DNA from: Carboxylicivirga sediminis
GTDB taxonomy: Bacteria; Bacteroidota; Bacteroidia; Bacteroidales; Marinilabiliaceae
Length of the DNA: 32,000 nt
Direction of reading: 5' to 3'
NCBI RefSeq assembly: GCF_018156225.1
Contig: NZ_JAGTAR010000014.1
Location: 1-32,000, forward strand
The notes beneath the pieces are model-generated. The model did not search any database and was not told the origin of the DNA. It saw only the letters and a list, made by a program, of their open reading frames with translations. Shown here piece by piece: positions 21,706 to 30,750 of the stretch; within the stretch, counting starts at the first letter, position 1, and each line of letters starts with the position of its first letter. Both the position numbers and the translations under genes were made by a program.

Positions 21706-24700
21706 ATGAAAAAGTTATTTATGAGGATGTCGGGTAGAAGCTTAAAAAGCTTTGTGCTGATGGCACTTTTGTTGGGCTTATCAGCAGTATCCTATGCACA
21801 ATCACTGAAAACAGTCTCGGGTACTGTAACCGATGAAACAGGTTACGGAACGCCTGGCGTAAACGTGGTTATTAAAGGAACCAGCGGGGGAACAGTGACT
21901 GATTTCGACGGGAAGTTTTCAATTACAGCATCGGAAGGTGATGTGCTCGAGTTTCGTTTTATCGGCTATTTATCTCAGGAAGTGGCGGTGACAGCTCAGA
22001 CTCAGGACTTGAGTATTCGCCTGCAACCCAATAACGAGCAACTTGATGAGGTAGTTGTGGTTGGCTACGGTGTTCAGAAAAAGAGTGATTTGTCCAGTGC
22101 CGTTTCAACTGTAAAAGCTGAAGAAGCCAATAAGATTGCTGCAGCATCACCCGGGCAGATGATTCAAGGTCGTTCGGCAGGTGTGTCGGTGGTAAACGGA
22201 GGAGCCCCAGGTTCGTCTCCTTATATCAAAATTCGTGGAATGTCGTCGTTTGGCGACGTGCAGCCATTGTATGTGATCGATGGTATTCCTGGTGGCGACC
22301 TGTCGATGATTAACCCTGATGATATTGCTTCTTTTGAAATTTTGAAGGATGGTGCTGCAGCCGCTATCTACGGTTCATTAGCAGCTAATGGTGTTATTTT
22401 GGTGACTACTAAGTCGGGAAAAAAAGACCAGCCTGCTAAAATTGACTTCAGCATGTACACAGGGGTGCAGAGTGCTACCAATAAGTTGCCGATGGCCAAT
22501 GCTGCCGAGTGGCATTCAATTATGGATCAGGCCTACACCAATTCGGTAAACGATGGCTCATTAAGCAATGACCAAAAACCTGCTTACCTGCAGCCAGGTT
22601 CGGGTTTTGACCTGAATAACTATGCCGACACCGATTGGCAGGATGAAACCATCAAAACTGGTGTTATTCAAAACTACTCGTTAGGCATCAGTGGTGGTGG
22701 AGAGTCGTCAAATTATAACTTCTCGACCAACTATTTCAACCAGGAAGGGGTTGTGATCAATACCGGAACAGAGCGTTATAACTTCCGCTTTAAGTCGATG
22801 TTTGAGAAGGGTAATCTAAAAGTGATGCCTAACATCATGTACACCCACACAGTAACTGATAACAACACCATGTGGATGGCCAATATGCAAAAGTCATCGC
22901 CACTGGTATCGGTGCGTGACGAATCAAAGGAGTCAGGTTATGGCTACCTTAACGAGTATGGCATTCGCACAGGAGCAAATCCTGTAGGTCAATCGGAACT
23001 GATCAATTCAGAAACTACAAAAGATCAGCTGCAGGCTAACCTTGGCTTGAATTACCAGTTTACTAAAAGCTTCTTTGCAGCCGGTAACCTGGGATACACC
23101 AAAACATTTTATAAGGATCGCTACTATTCACCAGCCTATGTGTTGGCGTCGGATACGCAGCGCGAAGATCCTTATTTGAAAGAGTACCGTGCCGACTGGT
23201 CGGACCTGAACTATGACTTTACCCTGAACTACATGACGACTGTTGATAAGCACAGCTTCTCGGCCATGGCTGGTATTGTTGGGTATCGCTACGACTATCA
23301 GAATGTAAGTATGGAAGTAACCGGTGGTGCCATGTTCCCCGATTTTGGGGGTCTTGAGCCATCATTTGGCGGAATGGAGTCTGGTGATTTTATCGGAACA
23401 GGCGGTTTTAGCACGGTAACACGCTTTGGCTATATGTCGCGTTTAAATTATAGCTACGACGATCGTTACCTGTTACAGGCAACTGTGCGTGTCGATGGTT
23501 CTTCGAAGTTTGGTGCCGATAACCGCTGGGGAACTTTCCCATCTGTATCAGCTGCCTGGAAAATTAATAACGAGTCGTTTTTCAACGGCTTAACCGATAT
23601 TTTCTCAGAACTGAAGCTACGTGCATCGTACGGTGTGTTAGGTCGTGAAACCACGTTAGGTGCCTATTCACGTCAGGCCCTTGTAAGCGGTGGCTGGTGG
23701 TACGTATTTAATGGTAAGCCAGTAGGTGGTAACGGTTCCTTTGAGATGGCCAACAATCAGCTGGCCTGGGAAGAGTCAAAAACCACTAACATTGGTTTAG
23801 ACTTTGGCTTGTATCAGCACAAGATTTATGGTACCATTAACTATTACCAAAACAACTCTGAGTCCTTATTGCTTGAGGAGCCTAATACACCTCCATCAAG
23901 CGGTGTGTCAGCGCCTATTGTAAACTTAGGAACTATCTCCAACAAGGGATTTGAGTTTGAGTTGGGCTATCGCGGTGCCATTGGCCAGCTTAAGTACGAC
24001 CTGAAGGGTAACTTAACTACCATCAAAAACAAGGTTGAATCATTGGGTAACAGCGAAGGCATGCTGCCTGGCGATGACATTGCATGGTCGGGTTCATACA
24101 CCTACTCTTCGGTAGGCGCAGCAGCTTCTCAGTTCTATATGTATAAAACAGGTGGCATCTTCCAGTCGCAGGAGCAGATCGATAACTATGTTGATAAAAA
24201 TGGCAATAAGATACAGCCTAATGCCCGTCCTGGTGATGTTATCTATGTGGATGTAAACGGCGACGGCATCATCGACTCAAACGATATTTCTGAAGTGGGC
24301 TCACCATTGCCAACCCTTGAATATGGTTTAAATATTGCGTTAACCTACAAAGCATTTGACTTGTCAATGTTCTTCCAGGGTGTAACCGGTAATGATATTT
24401 TAAATGTGAACCGTTACGAGCTTGAAGCAGCTAACTCGGGTTACAATATTTCTAACCGTCTGACCAATGCCTGGACACCGGATAATACCAATACCGATGT
24501 GCCACGAAATGTTATTGTTGATAACAATAACAACTACATGATGTCTGACCGCTACCTTGAAGATGGCTCGTATTTCCGTATGAAAAATATCCAGATTGGT
24601 TATACGCTGCCTCAGACTTTTGCGCAGAAGATACGAGTGGATAACCTGCGGGTGTACCTGAACGCCGATAACGTGTTTACCATTACCAACTACACAGGCT

Positions 24701-24804
24701 ATGATCCTGAAGTAATTCCGGTTAATGCGTTAACACAGGGTGTTGACCATGGTAACTACCCTATGTACAGAACATTCACAGCGGGTGTACAGATTTCATT
24801 CTAA
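21706..24804 (+). CDS. susC: SusC/RagA-family TonB-dependent outer-membrane transporter (1032 aa)
   Basis: Signal peptide, a carboxypeptidase-regulatory-like domain (VSGTVTDETGYGTPGVNVVIKG...TDFDGKFSI), plug region DEVVVVGYGVQKKSDL and a C-terminal barrel ending QISF. There is no N-terminal STN/anti-sigma signalling extension. Confidence 0.9.
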   Translation: MKKLFMRMSGRSLKSFVLMALLLGLSAVSYAQSLKTVSGTVTDETGYGTPGVNVVIKGTSGGTVTDFDGKFSITASEGDVLEFRFIGYLSQEVAVTAQTQDLSIRLQPNNEQLDEVVVVGYGVQKKSDLSSAVSTVKAEEANKIAAASPGQMIQGRSAGVSVVNGGAPGSSPYIKIRGMSSFGDVQPLYVIDGIPGGDLSMINPDDIASFEILKDGAAAAIYGSLAANGVILVTTKSGKKDQPAKIDFSMYTGVQSATNKLPMANAAEWHSIMDQAYTNSVNDGSLSNDQKPAYLQPGSGFDLNNYADTDWQDETIKTGVIQNYSLGISGGGESSNYNFSTNYFNQEGVVINTGTERYNFRFKSMFEKGNLKVMPNIMYTHTVTDNNTMWMANMQKSSPLVSVRDESKESGYGYLNEYGIRTGANPVGQSELINSETTKDQLQANLGLNYQFTKSFFAAGNLGYTKTFYKDRYYSPAYVLASDTQREDPYLKEYRADWSDLNYDFTLNYMTTVDKHSFSAMAGIVGYRYDYQNVSMEVTGGAMFPDFGGLEPSFGGMESGDFIGTGGFSTVTRFGYMSRLNYSYDDRYLLQATVRVDGSSKFGADNRWGTFPSVSAAWKINNESFFNGLTDIFSELKLRASYGVLGRETTLGAYSRQALVSGGWWYVFNGKPVGGNGSFEMANNQLAWEESKTTNIGLDFGLYQHKIYGTINYYQNNSESLLLEEPNTPPSSGVSAPIVNLGTISNKGFEFELGYRGAIGQLKYDLKGNLTTIKNKVESLGNSEGMLPGDDIAWSGSYTYSSVGAAASQFYMYKTGGIFQSQEQIDNYVDKNGNKIQPNARPGDVIYVDVNGDGIIDSNDISEVGSPLPTLEYGLNIALTYKAFDLSMFFQGVTGNDILNVNRYELEAANSGYNISNRLTNAWTPDNTNTDVPRNVIVDNNNNYMMSDRYLEDGSYFRMKNIQIGYTLPQTFAQKIRVDNLRVYLNADNVFTITNYTGYDPEVIPVNALTQGVDHGNYPMYRTFTAGVQISF

Positions 24805-24928
24805 TCATTATTTAAACTAATGGCATATGCAACAAGCAGGTAAATGCTAATAATATCGATGTACGCGTGTACGCGATTAGACTTTACCAATGAGTTCCAT
24901 TTGTCCAATGAAAGTAATATTTAAACAC

Positions 24929-26371
24929 ATGAAAAATATAGCATTATATATCATACTTTTTGCATCGTCACTGATGATGGTGTCGTGCGAAGATTACCTG
25001 ACACAGGAGTCACCCGATAAGCCAACCACCGATCAGGTTTGGGTGAGTTATGAAGCGGCCGAAAGCTATCTGGTTTCTGCCTATTCATACTTGGCACCTA
25101 CCGGATGGCGCTACCACGAGTACTATTACCTGCCTCAAAACTTCAGAGGTGATGATATGTTTCCTGAGGGAGGTACAACATCCTGGTCATATTTGGGTCG
25201 TATCGTTGGCTTTAACAACACGGCGGCTGATGGTGTGCCGGCTTATATGTGGAGAAACTGGTACAAAGGCGTAAAGCTGGCCAATGATGTGATTGCCAAT
25301 GTGCCCAATATGGATATGCTTACTCAAGAGCAGCGTGACGAACTGGTGGCTGAAGCAAAATTCCTGCGCGGCTTCTATTTCCTGAATCTGCAGATGAATT
25401 TCCACTCGATTATTATGCCGCTTGAGGTGGCCACTTCGCCTGCCGATTTGCAGATTCCTGTAACTCCGGTTGAAGGGGTATATGCACAGGTAGAAGAGGA
25501 TCTAACCTTTGCAGCCAAGCATTTGCCGGCCAGCTGGTCTGATGATAACTACGGACGTGCCACCAGCAATGCAGCTTATGCTTTTCTGGGTAAAACCTAT
25601 TTATTTGCTGAGCAATACCTGGATGCTATTGATGCATTTGCCGAAATTAAAGGGCATGATTTGGTGAGCGGAGAGGATTACCGTGGTCTTTTTGATGGCA
25701 CTAATGAACAAAACGAAGAGGTATTGTTCTCAAGAGGCTATACCGCCGACCAGATGGACATCCTATACCTTTATCATCAGCTCGGAGTAGCCATGGCGCC
25801 AGCAGAGCTAAATGGAGGATGGTTTATGGCCAGCATCTCTGATTATTTTATGAGCCAACTCGAAGATGGTGATATCCGCAAAGCAGCTACAGTATTGCAG
25901 GATGGTGAAACTTTTGATGGTGAGGTGATCCATTTTGATGATCCAGACTTTAAGATGAGCATTAAGTATGTGGAGTCGTTAAATGCCATTAGTACCAACC
26001 GTAGCGTGGTTGATTTAATACTGATGCGCTATGCCGATGTGGTATTGATGGAGGCCGAAGCATATTACGAACTGGGCAAAGATGGTGAGGCACTTGACAA
26101 GGTGAATGATATTCGCTTTAGAGCAGGCCTGGGTGATGTGAACTTGTCGGGTACCACCTTGCGCGATGAGATCAGAAAGCAGCGAATGATTGAGCTGGTG
26201 GGCGAAAACTCAAGGTACTATGATCTGGTACGCTGGGATATTGTTAAGGAACAGCTCAGCAATGCAGGTCAGCCTTTTGCTCAAAACTTTGAGACTAAAC
26301 ACAAGTTTTTCCCAATACCACTTGAAGAAGTACAGCGTAATAGCCAGGTTGAGCCTACACCTGGATTCTAA
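24929..26371 (+). CDS. susD: SusD/RagB-family nutrient-binding outer-membrane lipoprotein (480 aa)
   Basis: Lipoprotein signal MKNIALYIILFASSLMMVSC, the SusD-type helical pattern (AEAKFLRGFYFLNL, RYADVVLMEAEAYYELG) and its position directly after susC. I chose ATG 24929 rather than the track start at 24890. Confidence 0.85.
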   Translation: MKNIALYIILFASSLMMVSCEDYLTQESPDKPTTDQVWVSYEAAESYLVSAYSYLAPTGWRYHEYYYLPQNFRGDDMFPEGGTTSWSYLGRIVGFNNTAADGVPAYMWRNWYKGVKLANDVIANVPNMDMLTQEQRDELVAEAKFLRGFYFLNLQMNFHSIIMPLEVATSPADLQIPVTPVEGVYAQVEEDLTFAAKHLPASWSDDNYGRATSNAAYAFLGKTYLFAEQYLDAIDAFAEIKGHDLVSGEDYRGLFDGTNEQNEEVLFSRGYTADQMDILYLYHQLGVAMAPAELNGGWFMASISDYFMSQLEDGDIRKAATVLQDGETFDGEVIHFDDPDFKMSIKYVESLNAISTNRSVVDLILMRYADVVLMEAEAYYELGKDGEALDKVNDIRFRAGLGDVNLSGTTLRDEIRKQRMIELVGENSRYYDLVRWDIVKEQLSNAGQPFAQNFETKHKFFPIPLEEVQRNSQVEPTPGF

Positions 26372-26401
26372 TTATACAATACGCAGATAAATCTTGAATT
26401 T

Positions 26402-26434
26402 GCCCGGCACAACAAAGCGTGTGTCGGGCTTTTG
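26402..26434 (+). terminator. rho-independent terminator after susD
   Basis: gcccggcaca (26402-26411) pairs with tgtgtcgggc (26420-26429) with one G-U wobble, followed by tttt. Confidence 0.7.
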
Positions 26435-26477
26435 TATGTAAAGTATTGGAATTTACTTATGGCTTTATCACCTTTGC

Positions 26478-27488
26478 ATGGTAAAAACTATCATTATGCG
26501 ATTATTTTATATATTAAGTATTGCGTTTATCGCTATCGCCTGCCAGCCACAAAAGGAGTATATCCGGACAGAGGGGCTTATTTTTGGCACCATCTACCAC
26601 ATGACCTACGAGGCTTCGGAAGACTTATCTGACACCATTCAAAGTACCTTAAATGCCTTCGATTGGTCCATGTCTACTTATAAAGAAGAGTCGGTTATCA
26701 GTAAAATTAACCAGAATGTGTCGGATGAAACCGATGCGTACTTTCGACAGGTTTTTCACTCAGCCAAAGAAATAACTGCCGCTACCGATGGGGCCTTTGA
26801 TATGACAGTAGCTCCCCTGGTTAATCTATGGGGATTTGGTTTCTCCAAGAAAGATAGTGTTACGGAAGCTGCTATTGACTCCATCAGGCATTTTGTGGGC
26901 ATGGATATGGTGCGTCTTGAAGGAACTCGCGTGGTAAAAGATAAGCCTGAGATAATGCTCGATGGCAGTGCTATTGCCAAAGGCTTTGCGGTGGATGTTA
27001 TTGCCGATTTGCTAGAGGCACATGACGTTGTTAACTACATGGTGGAGATTGGTGGAGAAATGCGGGTGAAAGGGCATAATCCAAATGCCGTCAACTGGCG
27101 TGTGGGCATTGATAAACCCATTGACGATCCTGAAGTGCATAACCGCCAACTGCAGGAGGTGATCAGTATCACGAATATTGCATTGGCTTCGTCAGGCAAT
27201 TACCGCAATTTTTACATCAAAGGTGGTAAGAAGTATGCCCATACCATCAGCCCTTATACGGGTTACCCCGTAAGTCATAGTTTATTGGGGGTATCAGTGC
27301 TGGCAAAAGACTGCATGACAGCGGATGCCTATGCAACAGCCTTTATGGTATTGGGTTACGAAAAGAGTATAAAGATTGTGGAGGCCAATGCCGATTTAGA
27401 AGCTTATTTTATCCTGGATGACCATCAGGATGACTACACTATCAAAATGTCAGAAGGTTTTTCAAAGTTCATTATTGACAAGCCCTGA
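26478..27488 (+). CDS. apbE: FAD:protein FMN transferase (ApbE family) lipoprotein
   Basis: Lipobox IAIAC plus ApbE-type motifs AIAKGFAVD, SSGNYRNF, YAHTISPYTGYPV and DAYATAF. The alternative start ATG 26496 (MRLFY) is equally plausible. Confidence 0.85.
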   Translation: MVKTIIMRLFYILSIAFIAIACQPQKEYIRTEGLIFGTIYHMTYEASEDLSDTIQSTLNAFDWSMSTYKEESVISKINQNVSDETDAYFRQVFHSAKEITAATDGAFDMTVAPLVNLWGFGFSKKDSVTEAAIDSIRHFVGMDMVRLEGTRVVKDKPEIMLDGSAIAKGFAVDVIADLLEAHDVVNYMVEIGGEMRVKGHNPNAVNWRVGIDKPIDDPEVHNRQLQEVISITNIALASSGNYRNFYIKGGKKYAHTISPYTGYPVSHSLLGVSVLAKDCMTADAYATAFMVLGYEKSIKIVEANADLEAYFILDDHQDDYTIKMSEGFSKFIIDKP

Positions 27489-27559
27489 TTCACGGCTTAA
27501 CTTGCATCTTCAAATGAGAAAACTTACAGTATTTGTTAACCAAATAAATCAATTGACTC

Positions 27560-28705
27560 ATGAGGAAGATGGCCATTGTGTTCGGTGGACTTTTATTGGT
27601 CGCCTTGTTTAACAGTTGTGAAAAAGGAGCTGATGACTCCCCTTCAAAAACCGAATTATTAAACCTTAAAGAAGCCTTGGATGTATCGGCTCAACAAGTA
27701 GATGATGCCGTAAATGCCATTGAGCAGTCAGCAGCCTATGGCTTATTTCAGCAGGGAGCTCAGCTAAAGGAAGAAGGGGGAGGTGATGCCCCGGCTCTTA
27801 ATATTTACCTCAATGACCTAATGGGTGTTTACGCCTATGATCCGGTTGAAGATGTTGAAGATTCAGAAGGGAGTGGTAAAACCACCAGTGGGCATTGCAA
27901 ATCATATTTTAAGCGGATAGATGATAGTGAGTGGTTTGTGATACTTTTACCACACGAAAAAGTACTAAAGCCCCATGATTTGTTTGATTTCGATCCTGAG
28001 GATGTCATCACTAACAATTTTAAAATCACGACCACACAATTTTTATTTGAGGTTGATCAAAGCATGAAGGGGCACAACTACCAGCTGGCTTCCCGTTTTG
28101 ATTTGGAGGATGAATATGCCGGCGAACTTTGGGTGGAGGAAACGCGTGAGGGGTTCATTAAATCGAAAATATATTCAAAGTTTGGCTTTACCGATGAGTA
28201 TTTTATCAGCATCATGGCGCAGTTTAACGATACCATTAAACTCAGCTACAGCCTCGAGAATGCCGAACAGGAAATACTATTCAATGAAACAATGGTCTTT
28301 ATCCCATTTGATGCATCAGAGGAGCTAGCATTGCAATTCGTTTATGAGATGCTGATTGGTGATATTAAGATTGTAAGAACCTTGAATGATGAGCAGCAAA
28401 TTGTGTATGCGGTGTATAAGGGAGATGAGTTACAGGAGGATGCACTGGTGGAAGTGATTATGCCCAATGGTGAATCGTTAAGCAGCATTAACAGCCTGTT
28501 TATGCACATGAGTAAAGATATACGCATTACGTTTAATGATGAATCAGAGGTATTGCTCTCCGAATTAATCGGCGATAACCAGGAAGTCCTTTCTAATCTG
28601 TTTGAACAGATGAAAGAACTCTACCTTTCGAAAATGATTGTTGATAAACTGGCATGGCAAATCTACAGAGAACAGGATTGTGAAGTGGAAGAAAAAATGA
28701 GATAA
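27560..28705 (+). CDS. acidic lipoprotein of unknown function (381 aa)
   Basis: Clean ORF with lipoprotein signal MRKMAIVFGGLLLVALFNSC. It is very rich in D/E and I recognise no family motif. It lies 71 nt after apbE on the same strand, with no terminator between them. Confidence 0.7.
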   Translation: MRKMAIVFGGLLLVALFNSCEKGADDSPSKTELLNLKEALDVSAQQVDDAVNAIEQSAAYGLFQQGAQLKEEGGGDAPALNIYLNDLMGVYAYDPVEDVEDSEGSGKTTSGHCKSYFKRIDDSEWFVILLPHEKVLKPHDLFDFDPEDVITNNFKITTTQFLFEVDQSMKGHNYQLASRFDLEDEYAGELWVEETREGFIKSKIYSKFGFTDEYFISIMAQFNDTIKLSYSLENAEQEILFNETMVFIPFDASEELALQFVYEMLIGDIKIVRTLNDEQQIVYAVYKGDELQEDALVEVIMPNGESLSSINSLFMHMSKDIRITFNDESEVLLSELIGDNQEVLSNLFEQMKELYLSKMIVDKLAWQIYREQDCEVEEKMR

Positions 28706-28734
28706 TGGTGTGGGTTTGGGTGTGAATGTGAATG

Positions 28735-28772
28735 AAAAAAGAGGTTTTCTGTGAGTGGGAAAACCTCTTTTT
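28735..28772. terminator. bidirectional rho-independent terminator between convergent genes
   Basis: aaaaaagaggttttc-(9 nt loop)-gaaaacctcttttt. The A run on one side and the T run on the other give a U tract on either strand. Confidence 0.75.
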
Positions 28773-28808
28773 AAGCATTAACAAGTGTGCAGTGTATTTG
28801 TGACTAAG

Positions 28809-28853
28809 AGGATCGCATCTATATATGCAAGGTGTAGTTATAGATGCGATCCT
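28809..28853. repeat. perfect 15-bp inverted repeat (aggatcgcatctata / tatagatgcgatcct) with a 15-nt spacer
   Basis: Read directly: 28809-28823 is the exact reverse complement of 28839-28853. It lies 40 nt beyond the stop codon of the minus-strand membrane-protein gene and has no flanking U tract. Confidence 0.7.
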
Positions 28854-28892
28854 GTGTCATACCTATGAATATTCCAGATGCTTATGACGAGT

Positions 28893-29954
28893 TTAATCCT
28901 CCTTTATCTCTTTCTTATTTAAAAACTCCAGGTTCCATATTTTCTCGGCATTCCTGCCAATTAGCCAGAAGGTAAACCCCAGTATCAGGAAGAAGATGGT
29001 TTTATGTGTGGCATCCCAGAAATACTCGAAGAATTTGGTGTATAGATTGATGAACAAAAAGGTGATGCCAAAGCTTCGACTGGTGTAATCGTCGAATTTA
29101 AGCCCATAGGCAATGGCCGCAATGGCAAACAGGCCAAAGATAAGACCCCAACCAAATAGGCTTATCTGTTTAATTTGCTCCCACTCATCCCAATCGCCGT
29201 AATTGCCAAAGATGGACAGTATCCATAGCGCAATAAATAAATACAGCAGACCAAGTGTGTAGGTCGATTTCTGAAAAGGTCTCAGTGGCTTAAATCTGCT
29301 AAATACAAAGCTTAGAGCAGTTAATGCCAGACCAAATACCACAAAGCGCAGGGGGTAATTCATGCCCAGGTAATAGGCCCCCCAACCCGATATATAGCCG
29401 GTTTCGGTGCCAAACCAGGCACCCAGCGACAGAATGGCAAACACCCACACGAGCTTTGAGGGAAATAGCAGGCCAATGCACCCGTATACGATGGTGGCAA
29501 TCAGAAATAGGACGGAGAAATGACCATCGCCACTATCCAGCGCTTTGCCCAGGTAGGCAATAGCTGTGGCAGTAGATAGTATGCCAATCATCACAATAAA
29601 TTCGTTGCTAAACACCTTTTGGGGATGTCTCTTTTGGCGCATAAAAGCCCATAGGTAAAGCATAGAAGCAATGGCCGCAAATGACAGGCACAGCACTACA
29701 TCTGATGAGGTGAAAAAGCGCTCTATCAGCTCCATCAGCAACTCGTCGGCCACCAGAGCACTAAAAGATATGATGACGCAAACAATGGAAATCCAAAAAG
29801 AATAGATCGCCAACTTTTTCCATTCAAAGCGGCGCGTTTCCACCGAGCCGCTTAGGCTGGCCCTGGTGGCGTCATCAATTATATCTGATGCATGCCAATG
29901 CTCAATCGCCTCATTGATAACTTTTCCTTGCTTTTTGCTAACGCTTAGTTTCAT
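28893..29954 (-). CDS. polytopic membrane protein, DUF2157-like (353 aa)
   Basis: A soluble N-terminal ~45 aa (INEAIEHWHASDIIDDATRASL) is followed by about 9-10 hydrophobic helices. The family assignment is tentative and from memory. Confidence 0.65.
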   Translation of the reverse strand: MKLSVSKKQGKVINEAIEHWHASDIIDDATRASLSGSVETRRFEWKKLAIYSFWISIVCVIISFSALVADELLMELIERFFTSSDVVLCLSFAAIASMLYLWAFMRQKRHPQKVFSNEFIVMIGILSTATAIAYLGKALDSGDGHFSVLFLIATIVYGCIGLLFPSKLVWVFAILSLGAWFGTETGYISGWGAYYLGMNYPLRFVVFGLALTALSFVFSRFKPLRPFQKSTYTLGLLYLFIALWILSIFGNYGDWDEWEQIKQISLFGWGLIFGLFAIAAIAYGLKFDDYTSRSFGITFLFINLYTKFFEYFWDATHKTIFFLILGFTFWLIGRNAEKIWNLEFLNKKEIKED

Positions 29955-30541
29955 AGTGCTGGGTTTTGAGGGCGCTTAGTGGTGCCTGTTCCGCAATTTA
30001 GATGTTTTGTATTAACTTATTTCTCTCAACGAGATTTTATAGAGTATCTGATAGCTCAAACAACTTCACCGGCTTTCGCCCTTTAAAACTAACAAAAATA
30101 CCATACAATATATTAGAAACAGAAAGTGAATGGTAACATAATGAATGTGTAGTGCCATCTGAAAAGTCAATGATGCTTAGTCAGGATAAGGGCTGAGGTG
30201 GAGCTTATTTGGTAAATGACTAATTATAGCTATGTATTGCAATACTAATCTTTAAAATAAATTAGGGCTTTGTGATACTGCGGGATTTAATTCCATTGCG
30301 CAGTGCTTAGCTAAGAAGTATAGGAGTTAATGTTCGATTTTATATTCATCAGTATTTCTAATTACATAAAAAAGTATATCTTGTGTGACATTAACCATTG
30401 TTACCATACCATGAAACCCTTAACCCAAACAGCTAAACAAGCTATTTTAGCTATCGAAAAGTTCCCCGTTCGTGCCTTACAAAACTCACTATCCGTTTTA
30501 ATTCATCCAAGGTCATTTGGCCAATCCCTTCTGCTGTCAGG

Positions 30542-30750
30542 TGGCGTGGGTGAATACGCAAAGCTTCCTTTTTCAGAAAAACATGCTTTGCGTGTTTACG
30601 CAAAGATTCGTTTTTACAAAAATTAACATTTGCGGATTTACGCAAGGCTTCCTTTTTCCAAAAGATGGCCATGCGGGTTTACGCAAAGCGAATTTTTTTG
30701 CCTGGGCAGACTTTGCGTGTTTACGCAAGCATTTTTCAACCATGTAATAA
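30542..30750. repeat. five head-to-tail 41-42 bp units with a TTTACGCAA core, a CTTTGCGT-N4-ACGCAAAG palindrome and phased T/A tracts
   Basis: The TACGCAA core starts at 30555, 30597, 30639, 30680 and 30722, giving spacings of 42, 42, 41 and 42. The palindrome is perfect (8+8) in unit 2 (30586-30605) and has 6 Watson-Crick pairs in unit 5. Units 3 and 4 keep 5-bp and 4-bp cores, and the left arm of unit 1 is degenerate. T5-T7 tracts start at 30569, 30611, 30653, 30693 and 30732. Confidence 0.85.

Noticed and set aside
24805-24928. Unusually long susC-susD spacer containing the direct repeat gtacgcg-t-gtacgcg (24861-24875)
   Set aside because: The repeat is only 7 nt and includes the trivial palindrome acgcgt. 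The spacer length depends on which susD start is chosen. There is no further structure to support a feature.
28706-28734. GT-rich low-complexity stretch tggtgtgggtttgggtgtgaatgtgaatg after the lipoprotein stop codon, considered as a possible G-quadruplex or repeat
   Set aside because: There are only two GGG runs, too few for a quadruplex. The short duplicated words (tgggt, gtgaat) are not periodic. It is most simply the untranslated lead-in to the terminator.
21047-29563. Further embedded short ORFs (21047-21229, 21959-22150, 23466-23654, 25050-25405, 26190-26390, 26432-26632, 26756-26980, 27418-27612, 27835-28035, 28098-28328, 28342-28784, 29299-29563) and 31280-31504, 31674-31856
   Set aside because: The reasoning is the same: these are shadow ORFs inside or overlapping well-supported genes or terminator regions.
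30542-30750. Possible CRISPR array
   Set aside because: The units are 41-42 bp with no unique spacers, since the inter-core segments are themselves conserved and T/A-rich. There are only five copies and no cas genes in the window.
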